From positions 320,001 through 384,000 of the forward strand of contig BTVJ01000001.1 in assembly GCA_045863395.1 (NCBI GenBank): a stretch of 64,000 nt of DNA, given 5' to 3'. Numbering within the stretch: the stretch's first letter is position 1; the number at the start of each line of letters is the position of its first letter. The translations under genes were made by a program, and so were the position numbers. The notes under the pieces are model-generated. The model was not told the DNA's origin, did no database searches, and saw only the letters and a program-made list of their open reading frames with translations. Shown here in pieces: positions 49,162 to 58,883 of this stretch. This DNA comes from Myxococcales bacterium. GTDB lineage: Bacteria; Myxococcota_A; UBA9042; JABWCM01; BTVJ01.

Positions 49162-50313
49162 TCAAATGGAGCGGCGGCCATCCGCTTGTGCGCGAAGGCT
49201 CCACTCGCCGCCGGGGGTGCGCCTCACCGCGCCGGCAAGCTCCATGGCGCCAAGCGCCGCCAGGACGAGCCAGGCAGGCTCGCCCGACCGCTCGGCGAGG
49301 GCATCGACGCCCATCGGGCCCCCTGCCAGGTGGGAGAGGACCCGGGCTGCCCGAGGGTCCGCAGCGATGGCGCTCGTGGGCGCCGAGACGCTGGACGTCC
49401 CGGCTCCACCCGACACCTGGGGCGCGCGGAGCCAGCCAGGAGGGAGGTCCGGGGCCCTGCGGCCGGGCAGAGGCCACCGCGGCGCGCTGGCGTCGATGCC
49501 CATGGCGCGCAGGACGTCCGCCGGGTGCGTGGCGGCGAGGGCCTCTCCCCGCGCGAGGAGGCCGTTGGTGCCTGCGCTGGAGCGGTAGCACACGTCGCCG
49601 GGGACCGCAAGCACGGGGCGGCCGAGGGCGCGCGCCTGGCCGGCGGTCTGGAGCGTGCCGCTGCGCGCGGCCGCCTGCGCGATGAGGACCACCTCGGAGA
49701 GGGCGGCGATCAGGCGGTTGCGGTCGGGGAAGTAGTGGGGGCGGGCCTCGTAGCCCGGGGGGACCTCTGTAAGGAGCAGGCCGCCGTGGCGAAGGACGTC
49801 GTCCAGGAGGGGGCGGGACGACGCGGGCGACGGGTGATCGAAGCCCGAGGCCAGCACGACCACCGTGCGCCCGCCGGCGGCGAGGGTCGAGCGGTGCACC
49901 TCCGCGTCCACGCCGCGGGCGCCGCCGCTGACGATGACCAGGCCCTCCAGGGCGAGGGCGTTGGCGAAGCGCCGCGCGGCCTCGACGCCGTAGAGATCCG
50001 GGTCGCGGGACCCCACGATGGCCACACGGCGCGTGGACGGGCCGAGCAGGCTCACGTCGCCGCGTGCCATGAGCAGGAGCGGGGGGTCCGGGAGGGGCGG
50101 CAGCGCCTGAGGGGCGAGACAGCGTGCGCCGAGGGCGTCCAGGCGCCCGACCTCTGCTGCGGCCCTTCGCTGGACGGCGTCCGGGAGCGCGCTGGCCAGG
50201 GGGAGCCCCCGGGCGCGAGCCTGGCGGCGAGCCTGGGCCGGTGCGCCCCTGGCGGCGACGAGCAGGGCGAGGCAGGCGAGGGCGTCAGGGGAGTCGATGG
50301 CTTCACGTTCCAT
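49162..50313 (-). CDS. dprA: DNA processing protein DprA
   Basis: VAIVGSR, IVSGGARGVD, FPDRNRLIAAL, RSGTLQTA, AVPG, C-terminal winged helix; dprA-topA synteny. Confidence 0.92.
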   Translation of the reverse strand: MEREAIDSPDALACLALLVAARGAPAQARRQARARGLPLASALPDAVQRRAAAEVGRLDALGARCLAPQALPPLPDPPLLLMARGDVSLLGPSTRRVAIVGSRDPDLYGVEAARRFANALALEGLVIVSGGARGVDAEVHRSTLAAGGRTVVVLASGFDHPSPASSRPLLDDVLRHGGLLLTEVPPGYEARPHYFPDRNRLIAALSEVVLIAQAAARSGTLQTAGQARALGRPVLAVPGDVCYRSSAGTNGLLARGEALAATHPADVLRAMGIDASAPRWPLPGRRAPDLPPGWLRAPQVSGGAGTSSVSAPTSAIAADPRAARVLSHLAGGPMGVDALAERSGEPAWLVLAALGAMELAGAVRRTPGGEWSLRAQADGRRSI

Positions 50314-50423
50314 GGGTCACCTCCGGCGGCCCGCTTCGACCCGGGGCTGGTCTGGTGTCGCCCTTTCCTGCATCGGGCGCCTCTGATAGCCTGAGCGGCG
50401 TCCGACCCCACAGGAGGTGCCCG

Positions 50424-51671
50424 ATGACTCGTCCCCGCCCATGGCTGCTCACGGTACTGGTCGCGGCCCTCTCCACTGCCGCCTGCGACGACGGGGAGAC
50501 GGCGGGAGGTGGAGGCTTCGGAGGCGACGTGGCGATCCAGCCGAGCGACACTGGCGGCGGAGGGGGAATGGACGCACCTGGGACCGACGTCTCCGGGGGC
50601 GGCTACGTGGTGAATGCTCAAGCCATGCAGATCCAGAGCGGGGGGCGGACCATCCACATCCGGCGCTACGTCCCGCAGGGGTGCGACGCGACCACGCCGT
50701 GCCCGGGGGTGGTGCTGGTGCCTGACGGCATCCTGGGGGGCGACGAGTTCTTCGGCGACGACGCGCCCGAGCTGCTCGCGGGGGCGGCGCAGGTCATCGT
50801 GGCGCGCTACAACCCGCCAGCCCGAGGGACGGGCACGACCAAGAGCGATGGGGTGGAGGACTACAATGGAAAGGCGGGCCAGGACGCCCTGAAGGACGTG
50901 CTGCTCGCCCTGGACAAGAGCCAGGACACGACGGACAAGATCGGGGTCGTCTCCTTCGGGTTCGGCTTGTCGGCGGCCTCCGCCAGCCTCGCATCCTACC
51001 AGCCGACCAACCTCAAGTTCGTGGACTGGCTGATCGACGTGGAGGGGCCCGTCAACCGCTGCTACATCACCCAGGCGGCGTCCGATGCCGACGCGGGGAT
51101 CACGGGAGACGGCGTGGGGGTGACGGACTCCAAGTGCGACTTCGACAAGTTCGGACTGACCCGCGACGAGGCCTTCCCGACGTCACTGCCACAGGGGGCC
51201 CCGAAGAGCCTGATCTGCTCCAAGGGCGCATTCCCCATCAACCTGACCGGCAAGGACTGCACCGAGGACCTGTGGTGGGCGGACAGGGAGCCCAAGAAGT
51301 TCCTGTCCAAGTTGCAGGGAGCGTACCTGCGATTGCAGATGAAGTACGACCACGTGCAGCCCTCGCGGGCAGGAGCCCTGGTCGGCGTGTACTACGCGAT
51401 CCAGTCGTCGGCCCTGGCGTGGAAGCAGCTCAACGACGTGGAGGCCAACAAGCCGGTCCACACCTGGGGCGACGCCACCTGCGTGCAGGCCGGCTGCTAC
51501 CTGTCGTCGGACCTCGGCAACGCCTTGGCCTTCGGGACCTGCCAGGGCACCTCGTGCGACGGCGACGACAACCCCTTCAAGGCAGTGATGCCCGGCTACA
51601 AGGCCATGACCCTGGCCGTGTTCGCGGAGAAGGTGCTCCCCAAGTATGTCGCGCGGCTGAACGGGCTGTAG
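50424..51671 (+). CDS. Lipoprotein with alpha/beta-hydrolase-like fold
   Basis: AGGAGG RBS, lipobox TAAC, PGVVLVPDG, SDGVEDYNG, IGVVSFGFG, LIDVEGP, DHVQP. Confidence 0.65.
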   Translation: MTRPRPWLLTVLVAALSTAACDDGETAGGGGFGGDVAIQPSDTGGGGGMDAPGTDVSGGGYVVNAQAMQIQSGGRTIHIRRYVPQGCDATTPCPGVVLVPDGILGGDEFFGDDAPELLAGAAQVIVARYNPPARGTGTTKSDGVEDYNGKAGQDALKDVLLALDKSQDTTDKIGVVSFGFGLSAASASLASYQPTNLKFVDWLIDVEGPVNRCYITQAASDADAGITGDGVGVTDSKCDFDKFGLTRDEAFPTSLPQGAPKSLICSKGAFPINLTGKDCTEDLWWADREPKKFLSKLQGAYLRLQMKYDHVQPSRAGALVGVYYAIQSSALAWKQLNDVEANKPVHTWGDATCVQAGCYLSSDLGNALAFGTCQGTSCDGDDNPFKAVMPGYKAMTLAVFAEKVLPKYVARLNGL

Positions 51672-51678
51672 GTCGGGA

Positions 51679-52167
51679 TCAGTGCAGCAGGGGGCCGTGG
51701 TCGTCCTCGGGCGCTGCGACGGGGCGCGGGAGCACGAAGGGCGCCGGGTCGAGGTCCTTGAGGATGTCGAGGGTCTCGAAGCGGTAGCCGACCGACGGGA
51801 AGCGGATGGCGTTGTCTTCCAGCTTCGGGATGAACAGGATTGGGTCCCCTGCCAGGTTGTAGCCGAGCTGGAGCAGGGTGCGCTCGTGGACCACAGGCCC
51901 CCCCGGCGGATGGAAGTGGCCGCGCAGGATGTAGAACCCCTCGCTGGGCAGCGCCACGAGCGTCACCGTCCAGTCCGCGTCGCGCACCAGGTAGCCCCGG
52001 TCGTGGAAGGTCCAGCGGTTGTCGGTGTTGACGCGGGGGAGGAGGACGAGGGGAGGGCCCTCCGACGAGTGGTTGTGGAAGTAGACCAGGCGCCCCGCCG
52101 GGACCTGCTCCTCGCGCTCTGTGAGCGGCAGGGTGGTGCGGTAGAGGCCGCAGGGCAAGGCGGCCAT
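51679..52167 (-). CDS. Hypothetical protein
   Basis: Start overlaps the upstream stop; CGLYRTT...VPAGRLVYFHNH...QLGYN..GDPILF; GC3-biased codons. Confidence 0.7.
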   Translation of the reverse strand: MAALPCGLYRTTLPLTEREEQVPAGRLVYFHNHSSEGPPLVLLPRVNTDNRWTFHDRGYLVRDADWTVTLVALPSEGFYILRGHFHPPGGPVVHERTLLQLGYNLAGDPILFIPKLEDNAIRFPSVGYRFETLDILKDLDPAPFVLPRPVAAPEDDHGPLLH

Positions 52168-53888
52168 CAGAGCGCGCACCCGGCCGTGGAGGGGATCGGC
52201 GACGGGTCGTAGTTGAACAGCTCGGTGGGCTGCACGAGCTCCAGGTTCAGGTCGATGGAGTTCAGGCCGCCCACGGCCAGCGCGTAGTGGTTCGGCAGAT
52301 AGACGACGTTGTGCATGAAGCGCTGGTGGATCATGGCATCGGCGCGCACCGAGCGGATCTCGGGAGCCCCGCCGGGGACGGTCACGCTCCCGATGACCTC
52401 CGCGGCTCCAACGACCTTGTTGCTCGCGCCGAGGCCGCCGGCAACCAGGATGCGCCCGTCGTCCATCAGGGTCGCCTGGTGCATGGCGCGGGCCGTGCAG
52501 AGGTTGAAGCCGTCCTGGGGACCGGCGAGCGCCTGGCCGTTCTGGGTGTTGATCACCTCGATGCGGTTGACGAGCTTGCTGCGCGCCCGGTCCTGGTAGC
52601 CGCCCAGCACGTACACTGCGTTGACACCGCCCTTCGACACGTACACGGCCTGGTGCCCGACGCGGCCCTTCTCGACCGCGCTGAGGTCGCCGACCAGGGG
52701 CTCCGGGATCTTGCCGTTCGGGAGCATCGCGCCGGCCACCTTGTCGAACACGTCGATGGTCGCCACGGTCTTGGAGCCGTCCTCGCCGCCGATGAAGAAG
52801 ATGTAGTTGTCCTTCTCGACGGCCGTCGCGACGTGGTTCCAGCGGGGCGCCACCAAGCCGCTGTCGGGGGCCTTGGCGCTCGGCCCGAACGCGATGGACC
52901 CCTGCGCTGGGTTCCACACCTCGAAGCTGCCACTGGCCTGCTCCGCGCGCCCCCCGGCCAGCAGGACGAAGACGTCGGTCTTGCCATAGTTGAGCAGCGT
53001 GGCGCTGGAGCCCCACCGCTCGACGAGCAGCGGCATGACGGTGGCGGCGTCGAGCACCTGGCGGGTGTCGGGATCGTACAGCTCCGCGTGGTTGCTGCCC
53101 TGCACCTGGTTGTTGATCAGCGTGATGCCGCCGACGATGGCGACCTTGTTGAGCCCCGGCAGGTAGATCGCGTGATGGAAGGCGCGCGGGTAGAAGAGCT
53201 GTGTGCCGATCAGCGGGTCGAAGGCGCCCGACTCCGGGTCGTAGAGCTCGACCGAGGTCAGGACCTCGGCGATGTTGGCGGGGTTGTCCCAGGGGTTGGG
53301 GTCGCCCGACTGCTCCACGATCTTCGCCTTGTCCGGCTTCATGCGGGCGCCGCCCACGATGAGGACGCGGCCGTCGGGCAGGAGCGTGGTGGAGGCCCCG
53401 TAGCGAGGCTCGTTGAGGGAGGTCGCCTGTCCGCCGGTGAGCTGTGAGGCCGTTGGTGAGAAGCGGTTGACCCGCGTCACCATGACCGCTCCGGTCAGCG
53501 GCGTCGGTGCCTGGCTGGAGACCTTGAGCCGCTTCGAGCAGCCTCGGCCGAGCAGCGCGCCGGTGCATGGCTCGGTGCTCGGGGCGTAGAGCTCCACGAT
53601 GACCTGAAAGTCCAGATCGAACGGGGCGGCGGGAATCTCCAGCACGGACCCGGGACCGTAGGCGGTGCACTTCGACTGGGCGGCGAGCTGGGAGCCGCTG
53701 ATGGACACGCGAACGTCCCCAATGGGTGACGCCGTGTTCGTCCACGGGTTGAAGAGCGGGTCCGTGGGAGAGAACACCGAGAGGCTCAGGAGCTTGGAAG
53801 GCGACGACGCCTCCTCGGTCTCGCAGCCGATACCGGTGACCGTCGCGAGCGCGGCCAAGCCGACGGTGATGATGCGCAGCGTCCTCAT
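52167..53888 (-). CDS. Kelch-repeat beta-propeller lipoprotein
   Basis: Lipobox GIGC; repeats R..H.A.L..GRVLIVGG ... ELYDP. Confidence 0.85.
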   Translation of the reverse strand: MRTLRIITVGLAALATVTGIGCETEEASSPSKLLSLSVFSPTDPLFNPWTNTASPIGDVRVSISGSQLAAQSKCTAYGPGSVLEIPAAPFDLDFQVIVELYAPSTEPCTGALLGRGCSKRLKVSSQAPTPLTGAVMVTRVNRFSPTASQLTGGQATSLNEPRYGASTTLLPDGRVLIVGGARMKPDKAKIVEQSGDPNPWDNPANIAEVLTSVELYDPESGAFDPLIGTQLFYPRAFHHAIYLPGLNKVAIVGGITLINNQVQGSNHAELYDPDTRQVLDAATVMPLLVERWGSSATLLNYGKTDVFVLLAGGRAEQASGSFEVWNPAQGSIAFGPSAKAPDSGLVAPRWNHVATAVEKDNYIFFIGGEDGSKTVATIDVFDKVAGAMLPNGKIPEPLVGDLSAVEKGRVGHQAVYVSKGGVNAVYVLGGYQDRARSKLVNRIEVINTQNGQALAGPQDGFNLCTARAMHQATLMDDGRILVAGGLGASNKVVGAAEVIGSVTVPGGAPEIRSVRADAMIHQRFMHNVVYLPNHYALAVGGLNSIDLNLELVQPTELFNYDPSPIPSTAGCAL

Positions 53889-53920
53889 GCTTCGTTTCCT
53901 CGGGATCCAACCCTGCGGGT

Positions 53921-55495
53921 TCAGGGGACCGTGACGGTACCGGTGAAGGTGGTGGGGCCAGCGGACGAGCTTGGAGAGAAGGCCCCTGCGGCAGCAGCGG
54001 CGCCGACCCCGGCCCCTGCCACGCCGACGCCGATCAAGGTCCAGACCCACCACTTCTCGTACCACTGCTCGTCGCTCGACGGCCCCGAGATGATGCCCGG
54101 ACCGCTGACGGGGGAGCCGGACTCGGCCAGTGGGTAATCCCCGAGGATGTTCCGGACGTTGGACGGCTGCGTCACGACAGGGGGGACCACCGTCGGAGGC
54201 GGGGTGACGGGATCGCGCGGCTGGACTGGCGTCGGGGCGACCTGCTGGGCCTGCGCCGCGATGGCCTTCTGCTGGCCCTCGCGGTACACCGCGGGGGGCG
54301 GGTCCTTGACGACCCGGCTCATGGGGAAGGCCGCCATGCCGCGGACAAGCGCCTGCTCGCTCTCCAGCAGGTTCACCTGCAGGTTGGTCAGCTCCCGGTC
54401 GAACTTGACTGGCTGCAGCGCGGCGATCTCGCCCTTGCTCTTGTCGTAGAGGAACAGGTTCAGATCGTAGCCATCGGCGGCAGAGGACAGGTACTGGTAG
54501 AGGAGGAAGTCCACGTTCGCCTTCTGGGTGAAGCGTTGGGCGGCCCGCTTGAAGTTGTCGCCGAAGCTGCCGGTCTCCGCGTAGGGGACGAGTGGCTCGG
54601 GGTTGACGAACTCGCCCTCCACGCCCTGGGTGTCGGCGGCGGCGGCGGCGGCGGGCTGGAGCTTCGCGTCCACCTTGACGGTGTCGCTGCCCAGGGGGGC
54701 GCGGACCTGCTCTGCGAAGGTCTCGTAACCGTCTTGCCGGACCTGGACGTAGTGCTCGCCCTTCTGGAGGTCCTTGACGGTGACCGGCGCCGGGCCTCGG
54801 AGGACGCCGTCGATGTACACCTTGGCGCCAGCCGGCGTCGCGGTGATCGTGGTGGTCCCCGGCTTGTAGGTCGAGAACTTCTTCTGGACCTTCTCCAGGG
54901 CGGAGACGAACGCCGGCGAGTGCGTCTTGCGGTCGACGGTCACGTTGGGGCGCAGGCTCACCACCTGCTGGAGCGCGTCCGCGCCGTTGTCCTCGTAGCC
55001 GGCGCCAAAGTAGGCAACGGCCATGTTGAGGTGGGCGTCGACCAGCTTGTCGTAGTCGACGAGCTGGGCGAAGTTGCCCTGGTACAGCTCGATGGCCGAC
55101 TGGAAGGTCTTGACGGCCTCTTTGAAGAGCTTCTTGTCGATCTCCTCCTTGCCCTGCCAGACCAGCTTGTCGGCTTGCTCCAGGTTGGGGTTGGTCTTGG
55201 GCCCCGTAACCGAGACCCCCTCGGAGCGGATGATCAGATCGTCTTCGCGGAGCACCTTGATCTTGTCGCTGACGCTCAAGATCGCAGAGAAGAACTCCTC
55301 GATCTTGACGGCGATGATGCGAGACACGTCCGGGCTCTTCGCGAGCGGGAGCACGTAGAGGCGGATGCGGGAGTCGGGCCTGGGCTGCTGGGCCAGGGCG
55401 ACCGCCGGCCAGGTGGCGGAGATCGTCGCCGACAGGAACATGCCAAGCACGGCCGGTGCCAGCATGCGGAAGCGCTTCGGGTGAAGACTGATCAC
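53921..55495 (-). CDS. Secreted TPR + PEGA domain protein with C-terminal membrane anchor
   Basis: Signal peptide, TPR-like helices, PEGA (ITATPAGAKVYIDG...GEHYVQVRQDGY), Pro-rich linker, WYEKWWVW + TM. Confidence 0.85.
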   Translation of the reverse strand: MISLHPKRFRMLAPAVLGMFLSATISATWPAVALAQQPRPDSRIRLYVLPLAKSPDVSRIIAVKIEEFFSAILSVSDKIKVLREDDLIIRSEGVSVTGPKTNPNLEQADKLVWQGKEEIDKKLFKEAVKTFQSAIELYQGNFAQLVDYDKLVDAHLNMAVAYFGAGYEDNGADALQQVVSLRPNVTVDRKTHSPAFVSALEKVQKKFSTYKPGTTTITATPAGAKVYIDGVLRGPAPVTVKDLQKGEHYVQVRQDGYETFAEQVRAPLGSDTVKVDAKLQPAAAAAADTQGVEGEFVNPEPLVPYAETGSFGDNFKRAAQRFTQKANVDFLLYQYLSSAADGYDLNLFLYDKSKGEIAALQPVKFDRELTNLQVNLLESEQALVRGMAAFPMSRVVKDPPPAVYREGQQKAIAAQAQQVAPTPVQPRDPVTPPPTVVPPVVTQPSNVRNILGDYPLAESGSPVSGPGIISGPSSDEQWYEKWWVWTLIGVGVAGAGVGAAAAAGAFSPSSSAGPTTFTGTVTVP

Positions 55496-55765
55496 GGCTC
55501 GCCTCGCTCGGATACAACCCTGGAAGGGGGTACGCTGAACTCCTCGCCGGCCCCCGCGTTGGACGGGCGCTCACGACGCGAGGCGGCAGATGCTACCAAA
55601 CACGAGGAGAAAAGGTCAACGAAGCTGTGGGATTCCAGACGACGCGGCGCTCCGGCGTGAGACCCGGTCCCGTTGGGGAGAGAGCTGTGGGCACGAGGGG
55701 CGTTGCTGGCCGCCGGTTGCCCCGCCCCCTCGACGTCCGCGTGAACCCGGGCTAGCATCGCTCGG

Positions 55766-56905
55766 ATGTCACAGGCCCCCCCGGAACAGGACGCTCCCTC
55801 GCCTGCGGCCCCGACGCCCCGCCGCGCCGCCTGGACCGCCGTGGCGGCGTGGGGCGCCACCGTGGTCGTCATCACGGCGCTGACCGCGCTGTCGCCGTTG
55901 AGCAGCCTGCTGATGGAGAACCTCCAGGTCGTGGCGGCGGCCATGTTCCTGTACCTGCCCACCTGGCTCATCGAGCGCCAGGGGGCCGACCCGCTCACCC
56001 ACGGGCTCCACGCCCGAGATCCGTGGCGCCAGGGTGCGGTGCTCGCCGTGGTCGCGGTGATCGTGTTCCCCCTCTTCGGGCTCGGGTTTCACGCCTGGCA
56101 GAGCCTCGTCCGAGAGCGATCACTGAGGGCGGATGGGGAGGTGCTGGTCCGGTGGCCGCGGGAGCTGGAGGACCGGCCCACGCTGCCGACGAGGCGCCCC
56201 TACGCCATCTGGGACGAGCGGGGGACGCTGACGGTTACATGGCGCGAGGCCGACCGCACCACGCCCGTGGACGTGGAGGTGGCCCTGGACGCGCCTCCGG
56301 AGTCCGTCGTATCCGTGGAAGTCCGAGGCAGTGCGCTCTACACGCGTGCCCTGGGCGGCAGGGGTCCCGTCGCGCGGTGGCCGTCGGAGGAGACTGCCGT
56401 CCGGGTGCGCGGAACCGCCGCAGGGGGAGTGCGCGTCGAGGCACACGCTGCGCGCACGGCCGAGGTGACCTTGCGCCGGGGTGACGAGGTCGTGCGGGGC
56501 AGCGACATCGCGCTCGGGAGGTGGGAGGTCGGCGCAGACGATCCGCCCCTGCGCTTCGAGCGGGGGTGGTGGTGGCTGGTGACCCTGGTGCTCATCCAGG
56601 TGCTCGTCGTCGGGCTCCCCGAGGAGGTGTTCTATCGTGGGCTGCTCCAGACGCGCCTCGGGGTGGTGCTGCCCGCGCACGTGCGGCTCTTCGGGGCGCC
56701 GTTTGGCGCCGCGAACGTCGTCACGTCGGTCCTCTTCGCGCTCGGCCACTACCTCGTGGAGCTGGACCCGGGGCGCCTGGCCGTGTTCTTCCCCTCGCTG
56801 CTCTTCGGCTGGATTCGGGACCGGACCGGCTCAGTCGCCGCTGGGGCGGTGCTTCATGGCGCCAGCAACGTCCTCCTCACCCTGCTGTCCCGCATGTACG
56901 TGTGA
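55766..56905 (+). CDS. CPBP/Rce1 intramembrane glutamic endopeptidase (myxosortase-like)
   Basis: LPEEVFYRGLLQ, FALGH, LAVFFPSLLFGWIR, LHGASN; about 150-aa soluble insertion between TMs. Confidence 0.82.
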   Translation: MSQAPPEQDAPSPAAPTPRRAAWTAVAAWGATVVVITALTALSPLSSLLMENLQVVAAAMFLYLPTWLIERQGADPLTHGLHARDPWRQGAVLAVVAVIVFPLFGLGFHAWQSLVRERSLRADGEVLVRWPRELEDRPTLPTRRPYAIWDERGTLTVTWREADRTTPVDVEVALDAPPESVVSVEVRGSALYTRALGGRGPVARWPSEETAVRVRGTAAGGVRVEAHAARTAEVTLRRGDEVVRGSDIALGRWEVGADDPPLRFERGWWWLVTLVLIQVLVVGLPEEVFYRGLLQTRLGVVLPAHVRLFGAPFGAANVVTSVLFALGHYLVELDPGRLAVFFPSLLFGWIRDRTGSVAAGAVLHGASNVLLTLLSRMYV

Positions 56906-57868
56906 GGCCAGGGGGGCATCGACGAGGCGGGCCCCTCTTGGGTCCACCTGAGCGTGCCACGGGCGGGCCTCGATACCGGCGCTGCCGAGCGCGGCGGCCA
57001 TGGCTCGCGCTGCGCGCGCTGCGGCCGCCTCGCCACGCGCGAGGGCAAAGAGCGTGGGCCCTGACCCGCTGATGCTCCCCGCGAGCGCCCCCGCTGATCG
57101 GGCGGCCTCCATGGCCGCCTCGAAGCCGGGGATGAACCGTCGCCGCGCTGGCTCCGCGATGCGGTCGGAGACCGAGCGCCCGAGGCGATCCAGGTCGCCG
57201 TCGTAGAGGGCGCTCGTCAGAGTGGCGAGGTGCGCCGCCTGGTGGACCGCATCCGCCACCGTGACGTGCGTGGGGAGCGCGCGGCGGGCGTCGAGGGTCC
57301 GTACCTCGATGGCCGGGTGGACGAGGCCGAGCCAGAGGTCGCTGGGCACAGGGAGGCTGACGGTCTCGGGGGGGGTCGCGGGCCGGATCAGGATGATCCC
57401 ACCCAGCAAGGCGGGCGCGACGTTGTCCGCGTGGGGGCTCCCAGATGCAGCGGCCTCTCCTTGCATGCACGCGTCCAGCAGGGCTGAGTCGGGCAGCTCG
57501 GGGCACACGAGGGCCCGGGTTGCAAAGGCGGCTGCGACAGCGCTGGCCCCACTGCTGCCGAGTCCGCTTCCGAGCGGCAGGCCCTTGTGGATCCACAGCG
57601 CGACTCCCTGGTCGGGCCGTCCCGCGTGGGCGAGCACCGCACGGGCGGCGACCCCGGCGGTGTTGCTCGCCGGGTCGAGGGGCAGGCGCCCCCCGTCGCC
57701 GTGGATCGCCTCTATGCGCACTCCAGGCAACGTCATCATTTGCGCACTAATTACATCACCAATCCCCGCGACGGCGAGGCCCAGGCAGTCGAAGCCTGGA
57801 CCCAGGTTGGAGAGGGTCGCGGGGGCGAATGCGGAGACTCGGAGACGTTCGGGCGTGTCGGTTGCCAT
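56831..57868 (-). CDS. thrB: Homoserine kinase
   Basis: APATLSNLGPGFDCLGLA, KGLPLGSGLGSSGAS, HADNVAP, ISGSGPT. Confidence 0.93.
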   Translation of the reverse strand: MATDTPERLRVSAFAPATLSNLGPGFDCLGLAVAGIGDVISAQMMTLPGVRIEAIHGDGGRLPLDPASNTAGVAARAVLAHAGRPDQGVALWIHKGLPLGSGLGSSGASAVAAAFATRALVCPELPDSALLDACMQGEAAASGSPHADNVAPALLGGIILIRPATPPETVSLPVPSDLWLGLVHPAIEVRTLDARRALPTHVTVADAVHQAAHLATLTSALYDGDLDRLGRSVSDRIAEPARRRFIPGFEAAMEAARSAGALAGSISGSGPTLFALARGEAAAARAARAMAAALGSAGIEARPWHAQVDPRGARLVDAPLASHVHAGQQGEEDVAGAMKHRPSGD

Positions 57869-58182
57869 GGTGGGCAAAGGTACCCATCGCGTCCGGCAAT
57901 GGCAACGGGAGCGGCCGAGCTGCTCAAGGGGTCAGCTCCGGGGGGCGGCATCGCCAGGCCCGTCAGGACCGCCACCGGATGGCAGGTCGTTGACATGAAG
58001 CGTGCGGAGGCGGACACTTCGGGTAGCCCCACCAAGAGGGTCTGGCCGATGTGGCCCTTCGCTCGCGCGGCATCGCGCGTGCCGGGCTGCGGATCACCGC
58101 GGGAGCGCTCGGGATGGTTCCGGGACAGCAAGGATCGGGTCCAGACACGCGGGACGACGGTCACCAACAGACCGAGACTTCA

Positions 58183-58842
58183 GTGGCCCGCTCCGCACCA
58201 CTGGTGCTGGTCATCGACGACGAGGTGTCTGTGCGACGCCTGGTGCGGGCGACGCTCACAAAGGCCGCCTATCGGACGGTCGAGGCCGACAACGGCCGCG
58301 TGGGCCTGGACCTCGCCTGCCAGGTGCTCCCCGACCTGATCATCCTCGACATCCAGATGGACGAGCTGGACGGTGTCGAGACACTGAAGCTGCTGCGACG
58401 CACCGAGGCGACCCGAGACATCCCGGTCATCATGGTGACCGCGCTGGACGACGCACTCACGACCGTCACCTGCCTCAGAGAGGGAGCCAACGACTTCGTC
58501 AGCAAGCCCTTTCACCGGGAGGAGCTGCTCGCGAGGGTCCGGGCCCACATCCACGCACGGGGGGCGACCCGGCTCCGGGCGCTCCTGGAGTTCGCGGGGG
58601 CGGCGTGCCACGAGATGAACCAACCGCTGCAGGTGATTCTGGGGCATTGTGAGCTTCTCTCCCAGGCCCCCCTCGGCGAGCCGCACGACAGGCACATCCG
58701 CGCGATCGAGGAGGCGACACGTCGCCTCGCGACCATCGTCGGGAGCATCCGGCACATCGACCGCTACGAGACCAAGTCCTACCTCGGCGAGTCGCGCATC
58801 CTGGACCTCCAGGAGAGCGGCGCCACCAACTCGAAGCGCTGA
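58183..58842 (+). CDS. Response regulator: REC plus HisKA-like DHp helix, no ATPase domain
   Basis: VLVIDDE, ILDIQM, IMVTA, SKPF, then AACHEMNQPLQVILG...YETKSY. Start uncertain (58114 or 58183). Confidence 0.85.
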   Translation: MARSAPLVLVIDDEVSVRRLVRATLTKAAYRTVEADNGRVGLDLACQVLPDLIILDIQMDELDGVETLKLLRRTEATRDIPVIMVTALDDALTTVTCLREGANDFVSKPFHREELLARVRAHIHARGATRLRALLEFAGAACHEMNQPLQVILGHCELLSQAPLGEPHDRHIRAIEEATRRLATIVGSIRHIDRYETKSYLGESRILDLQESGATNSKR

Positions 58843-58883
58843 GCGGTCGCTCTTTCAGGGAGCGGGGATCTGGCATCTTACCG

